The notes beneath the pieces were generated by a model that did not search any database, was not told the origin of the DNA, and was given only the letters and a program-made list of their open reading frames with translations. The position numbers and the translations under genes were made by a program. Shown piece by piece: positions 12,268-38,506 of a stretch of 38,506 nt of DNA (position 1 is the first letter of the stretch; each line of letters starts with the position of its first letter). The DNA comes from Catajapyx aquilonaris (Eukaryota): NCBI GenBank assembly GCA_000934665.2, contig KZ538963.1, forward strand, positions 1-38,506, in the 5' to 3' direction.

Positions 12268-13054
12268 CTTTTTATTGTGTGTCCAACTGTGTTAACTAAT
12301 GATCTTTTTAGGGGGTGCGCGCGAAATGGACCGTACCTGCTGCTGAGCATTTTTTTCTGCTTTAGTTGCCTTTTACTGAACATAGATAAAGGTTAACTAC
12401 GTGTATTAACAGAAGGAAAGAAGGTATATCCATGACTTGGCGCGCACTACATGCTAAATAAAGACATTTAAGGAATAATTATTGTCGTTTGTGTTAAACC
12501 TGAAGAATGGTTGCACATTTAGTGCGCTCTATTGATATTCTGATACAGACTGAAGGCAGCAGAAATATATTATACTCTATGTTGAACTGAAAAGGTCTCT
12601 AACCGCTGATTTGGCACGTACCGTACACTCCTTGCTCCAGTATGTCGCAATGCGCGTAAGAAATGGTGACGGCCTCATTATTATTTTGGTGTTCACGCTG
12701 TTTTCTGCTCAAGTGGGTCAAAGACCATCTCTATATACGTCGCTTCTGGATTATACTGCTGGGCAAACACCTGAGATACACGCAATCACTATTTTTCAGC
12801 GCATGAATCACCATGCTGATACGTTTAGAGAATTCCAGTGAAGACTAATCAGCAAAAATGATAAAAGTGTGTGGGTGGATTCAATCATGAAGCTATTTCT
12901 GATTTGAGGTCTAATGTCTGATAGAGAACAAGTTGACTATTTCGCAAGGTGGGAACTGGGCCCTGCTATTATTGCAGTTGCCTTGGTCTATTTCGGTTTG
13001 AGCCAGATTTTTACACTTGTTTTAGAGGCCAATGGCTCAGAAACTCCTGCGTTC

Positions 13055-13103
13055 TGCGTCCGGGAATCGAACCTCGGCCCATCAGATGAAAGCCTGTGGA
13101 TCA
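13055..13103 (-). pseudogene. Degenerate tRNA-derived fragment (B-box; tRNA-Glu-like or SINE head)
   Basis: The minus strand reads GATCCACAGGCTTTCATCTGATGGGCCGAGGTTCGATTCCCGG, with a B-box/T-arm GGTTCGATTCC and a possible TTC anticodon loop. No D-arm, A-box or acceptor stem is recognisable. Confidence 0.35.
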
Positions 13104-15423
13104 ATCAGTTGCAAACTCCCTAATTACTCTTCAATAAAAACAGGACGAAATTAGCTGAAATGTTTTAATCGGAATCAGGGCAATGCCTCGCAGCACTATG
13201 TATTTTTACACCCTCCTTAGCATGCTGGTAGTGCAGATTTGCAAATACAAGTTCACAAACAGCTGAACTTACATTGCATCTGTTTTATTATTCACTCAAC
13301 AAATGGTCCATTGCAACAGTGAACCCATCCATGCAAAGGGGAAAAAAAGAAACGATAATGGAAGGGGTGGGGGATCCGGGCAAAAGATTGCGAAACGATG
13401 ATGATAATCCAGAGTAATGCAATATGCTTTTTATAAATATGATCTGAATTTAAAGATAATTCGGAATAGGAACATAACGATTTAAATTTATAATTGTTAC
13501 AGGTATAACCATCTGCCACATATACCACTTCATTGTTTGAAATAGCGTACTTGAATGTACGAGGAATTATATATGCATATCTTTTTTTATAATTATGTTG
13601 AAATGTACTTGCGGTGAGGGCAGAATTTTTTTCCCGTTCGTCAAGTATGCAAAAATTGTGGAAGATGAAGGGATGAAACAAACGAACTACCTACAATTAA
13701 CACTGGAAGATCTGTATTCATCACTTACAAAGTGAATACTTTCAATAGTAATAATTATTATTTAAAAGAGCTTTCAACAATGTAGACCTGTAACGAGAGG
13801 AATTAAAAACGGGAGACCAATTATTGCTCTCACCTACTACATTGACATAGCGTAGTGTGTTGAGGTTGGGGGGAAAAAAAGGAACATGTTCTTGGGTTCC
13901 AAAGGTTAAAATTGTTCAAAAAACAAGGTATTTTGAATGGGGGGGAGAGCGGGGGGAGGGAAAATTGAGGCAGTGCGCTTTTTCGATTGAACATTCAATC
14001 ACGAAAACATGGACGGGAAAATTGGTCTATGTAGCAGGGACTTACCACTGACAAAAATTACCTACCGCTCATTTTTAGCAATGGTACCGATAAAACATGA
14101 ATAACCTAAAAACTTGTTTTAAATATTCTGACTTTTTAAAAATCCAGATGCGGATGGAATACCTGAGAGTAACTGTCCTCTTAAATTTACCTGCTGCTAT
14201 ATATCACAGATTGTCTTGAGTATAAATATAATGTAGAAATTAAACAAAAAAAAATGTTTCTTTTTTGCGCCTCAAGCAACATCTACAATAGTAAGCATTT
14301 CTACATCCAGTTGGACATGACCCGTAAGTCATTGGCTCATTTAACTTTCCCATTTTCGCAGGAGGACAGCAATCAACATTCCAGAAAATTAAAAAATAAA
14401 TCAAATGTTTATACAACAATTTTGCGATTTTTCAGCTTGAGACAGATATAACAAAGTCTATAAAGACTACGGTTTTTGTTGGAAGGGGAGGGGGAGTCGG
14501 GTGGCCAATATTGACAAAGGCTCTTTTTTATATCCATAAATTAAATTAAATGGCCTCGCACTCTGTACTTACTCACACTTTCACGCACTTGCGCACTTAA
14601 TACGTATAGCAGAATTATCCAGTGATTGAAACGAGAGAGAGAAAAAAAGAAAAGCAAATAAATAAAGGAAACGAAGGAGGAAAAAACCGCATACTGAGCA
14701 CGGGAAGGGAGAGATTACAGCAACAAAATTCATGTAACAGGTAGTGGTGGGTGCGGGTGGCAATAATAGTGTCAATCACCCATTATAATCAAAATCAGTA
14801 TCAAAATCAAACGGCACCGTGACATAGAAAAACTGTACAGGCGGCACAAAATAGTTCTTTGGCAACACTCGATTCCAGCTGCCAAAATCCTCAAAAAAAA
14901 AAAAAACAATGAAAAAAAAACAACAACAACAACAACATGGCAACTAGATCGTCGTAGCGGAAGTTTTCGTTTCTTCGCTCAGAATCAGTCCGTTGTCAAG
15001 ACTTGGATTAACTTTTTTTTTTTGCGCATTTTTTTTCTTCATTGGCACGCGACCAGAAACAAATGGTCAGTACAAACATTGGGTGGAAAATAGATTATCA
15101 CAATCTACTTAGGCACTTGGGTTTTGGAGTAACTTTGACGGTATATTGGAAACTGTCTAACCGTGAAAGGAACTTTTTTTTTAAACAACAATTTTTTCTT
15201 ATCTCATTCTCTCTCCCTGTTACTGTAGCAGCAGGATTAGTTTGGCGAGATTGTTCCTCTCTCTATATATATCTCTTCCTCCTCACAACCAACGAAACTC
15301 GCGAGGTCACTCACTTGGCCACTTCCAGGAGGAACTATACACACAAAAGAACAAAAAAAGTATAGGATTTTGGCTTTTGGTTTTCTTTTTTTTTTCTATA
15401 CAGAGTTAATGGTTCTCGTGGCG

Positions 15424-35647
<20,224 letters not shown>

Positions 35648-35666
35648 CTGGGAACAAGTTAAGGTA
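35648..35666 (-). other. 3' end of a probable U12-type intron before the IS1 exon
   Basis: TACCTTAAC branch motif about 10 nt before the CAG preceding (K)PFEYLILL. This position is a known minor-class intron in Cav alpha-1 genes. The donor lies outside the window. Confidence 0.75.
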
Positions 35667-37384
35667 AAGTCTGCAAAAAAATTGCGCGCTTGTTAAAATA
35701 TTTCGTGAAAAAAAAACGGGGCTGGAATGAAACCAGGCCGTTTGGATTCCCTCTGGTGAGGAGGACATGCGGCACCTGCATAATGAGAAGCTCTTGCTGT
35801 AATAAATTAGCTAATTTGGTTTCATGTCACTTTTTTTTCATACTAATCTTGTCGGGACTCCATTAGCGGGTTATACCAAAAAATCCGAGCAATAAAAGCA
35901 AGAAAAGCTCGTTTTCCTCAGTTACATTTACCAGAGTATCGACTGCAGCAGACACACGCTCAGCTGAGCATCTAATCTGCGCACTGTACCGTAGGCACTG
36001 GTTTAATGTAATACGAGGTGCTTCAGACAGTCATTGCGCTTTGTTTTTTTTTCATTTAACTTTTTTTTATAAATATGACTAATTGCCTTGTAAATTGGGC
36101 GCAGTGGAGAAGTATTATCTTGGGGCAATCCCTCGACCTGACTATTCGGAAGCAGAGTGTTTACTGCTGGAAGCGAATTGTAAACTGGGATTAGAGTGTA
36201 CTTGCCAGATTAACCGAGTGCTAGGCAACTTGGGTTCCCAGGAGGGGACACAGCATTGCTTGCTGGAGCCGGGTCTTGTCGCTGGTTTAGTCATTAGGCT
36301 ATCATCGTTTTTACTGTTTCTGTATATAGTGAGAAGTACTTTTACGCTAATGGCTTTCCTTGATCGCGACAAACTCTATAGCGATTCTCTAAAATATTTT
36401 AATGTTGCTTTTTAAAAACGAACTCTCGTTATCATAATGGTATGTTGCGGTGTCAAGTTTAATGCAGTTCACACTGTGCATGCACAAAGTGAATAATTTC
36501 CCGCACATTACGGCAGACACAAGCTCAATACAGGTTACAGGTGTCCATTGTGATCACGTTAAAAATTGTTACGGGGAATAGGTAGAGAGAGAAAAGTGTA
36601 CTGATGGACCTATAGGAAAAATCGCAATAATATTTTTTTGGCACTGTAAGATGCTTATCTTAAGCAGTTACTTTTAGCGGTTACTAAAATTAATATTGTA
36701 GCTGTTAATCTTAGGTCTTTGGGTCTTAAAGCTTGCAAGGGAATATGGCCTGAAAATATAGGATGTATCGTTGGTGTTCGATGGCAGTAATTCCGATTCA
36801 TTCCCAACCGGGAATTCATTGCAATTCACAGCTTGGATGTGAAAAATAGTTGATGAAACACGTCCTATCCAAACTGCTTTTTAAAATGACAGTAGCTGTA
36901 TTTTTGTGTAAGCTTATTACCGAGTTTCTGAAACTAATATAAACTGAACAACACATTTTGCTACTGTTGCAACTAATTAACGTGTAACTTGACTAGACCC
37001 TGCATTTTTAGTATCTGTGGTTGAGGGCTTTTCTCCGATATTACGCCCAATTACGTTGCATAACGTTCATTGCAGCGTTGGCGCGTCTTATGATCACTTG
37101 CCAAAGGCCAAGGTCGCCGGATTTTACGATGTAATTTACCTACATCATCTCTCGTCGATGTTAGTATGCGACTCCGCGCCGGTCCTTCAATGATATTTAG
37201 CAACTTCGTGGCCAATCACGAAATTCTTTCCGTGTGTACACCCGCACTGTGGTAATATATTATCAATGATTTATTGCCGCTAATGATGTAAAATAATTAT
37301 TTTAGGAGTCATCCATAAATTAGGGGACCATAATAAATGTTAGTCATGATGTCACTAAAATATAGCCTAGATATGAGATGCAAT

Positions 37385-37700
37385 TCAGTTCACCTCCATT
37401 TACCATTCCTCATTCACTAATCCTCAAATACATCATTCCATTCTACAATCATCACTCATTCATTCCATTCGCTCAAGGCACGAATTAATTCAATTGCTGA
37501 GTGGGATTATGCTTATAAGCAGCCCCCATTTGTTTCCATCCTCATTTCCCCTTGATCCATTCATCACAATTCCATTCACTTCTATTCATTTCTATTCCGC
37601 TAAATTCACGTTATTCGTCAGTGTATTGCGACACCTCCCGTTCCATTCATTTCCATTCACCATAATGAATTCGTAAATTAATATTTCATTCCAAATCCTC
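37385..37700. repeat. Low-complexity (TTCCA/CATT)-rich tract
   Basis: Many imperfect TTCCAT/CATTC motifs. Confidence 0.6.
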
Positions 37701-37763
37701 ATTACTGGCTTAGATGTATAGTGCAAAAGGAATATTATAGTGTAATACGTACAGTGCATTATA

Positions 37764-37883
37764 CAGGGTGTTCCAAGTTCGTGGGTCACTTCATGTTAGC
37801 GGCATAACAAGTTACAAAAAATAACTGCTATAGGGCGATATCAGTTATCATGAAGTGACCCAGCACGAACTTGGAACACCCTG
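37764..37883. mobile_element. Tc1/mariner-type MITE, 120 bp
   Basis: About 32-bp terminal inverted repeats CAGGGTGTTCCAAGTTCGTGGGTCACTTCATG and CATGAAGTGACCCAGCACGAACTTGGAACACCCTG, flanked by TA on both sides (37762-63, 37884-85). Confidence 0.9.
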
Positions 37884-38506
37884 TATAATGAGTCCCTACA
37901 CTGCAAAGAATAACAGGTGAGCATGTCTGTATGTGGGCCTACACCCTACGCCTACAGTATGATCGGAACTGTACACTTTAGAAGTTTATTAATGTAAGAT
38001 CGATCGTGAATGTAACTATAGTCTACTTATGCAAGGGGATCCAGTAAATAAGAGGACTCAATGAAATCATTGTTTTCTTAAAGCAGTGTAAAACATGTAG
38101 TACGAATAGTAGGATTATAAATCAGTATGTATATAGTAAACTTTCCATGAATGAATAGCTCTTCTAAATAATAATGGCCCAGTCAATCTAGACTGAAAAA
38201 GAGCCAAAGGTGGAAATTTGAGATAGAAAGCTAATTTTTGGTACAGTTGTCCTTCATGATGTTCTCAACCAGTGTGTAAAAGTCCCGGGGTGTCCGACGC
38301 TTGCTTCGTCCGGGACAACGCAAAAAGTACCTATGTGACACTAGTGCAGGAAAGATACGATAAAATGCCCCATAACCCTCTAATAAACTGCAATAGAGAT
38401 GAACTTTTGACCATTTGTTCAGAAAAATGTGGAGCATAACATATCCAAAGTTCACAGCGATTGGTGGGGGGGAACCCGCCGCCATCTTGGAAAATGGCGG
38501 CGAAAA

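Noticed and set aside
37430..37455. Minus-strand 'MIVEW' resembling the end of the missing Cav1 exon (...IVEWK)
   Set aside because: No GT/AT donor follows, the upstream sequence is not Cav-like, and it lies in a GAATG low-complexity tract.

Overview
Eukaryotic genomic DNA from an invertebrate, probably an arthropod, judged from insect-like Cav1 motifs and many 55-100 nt introns. It holds three intron-containing genes. (1) The 5' part of TOE1, a CAF1/DEDD-family snRNA 3' exonuclease, on the minus strand. (2) A complete 3-exon LURAP1/FAM89-like leucine-repeat adaptor gene on the plus strand. (3) Most of an L-type voltage-gated Ca2+ channel alpha-1 gene (Cav1, Ca-alpha1D-like) on the minus strand, from IS1 to the stop codon, hand-spliced into a phase-consistent model; one distal C-terminal donor is uncertain. 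The standout is a combinatorial alternative-splicing system in the Cav1 gene: three tandemly duplicated, phase-incompatible exon pairs (IS6; IIS4-S5/IIS5/pore turret; distal II-III linker). One pair has a branch-point layout suggesting steric mutual exclusion. There are also candidate 6/18/21-nt microexons and two U12-type introns. Non-coding DNA contains several MITE-like elements, two minisatellites and a 14-N gap. All calls are by eye; no database searches or expression data were available.
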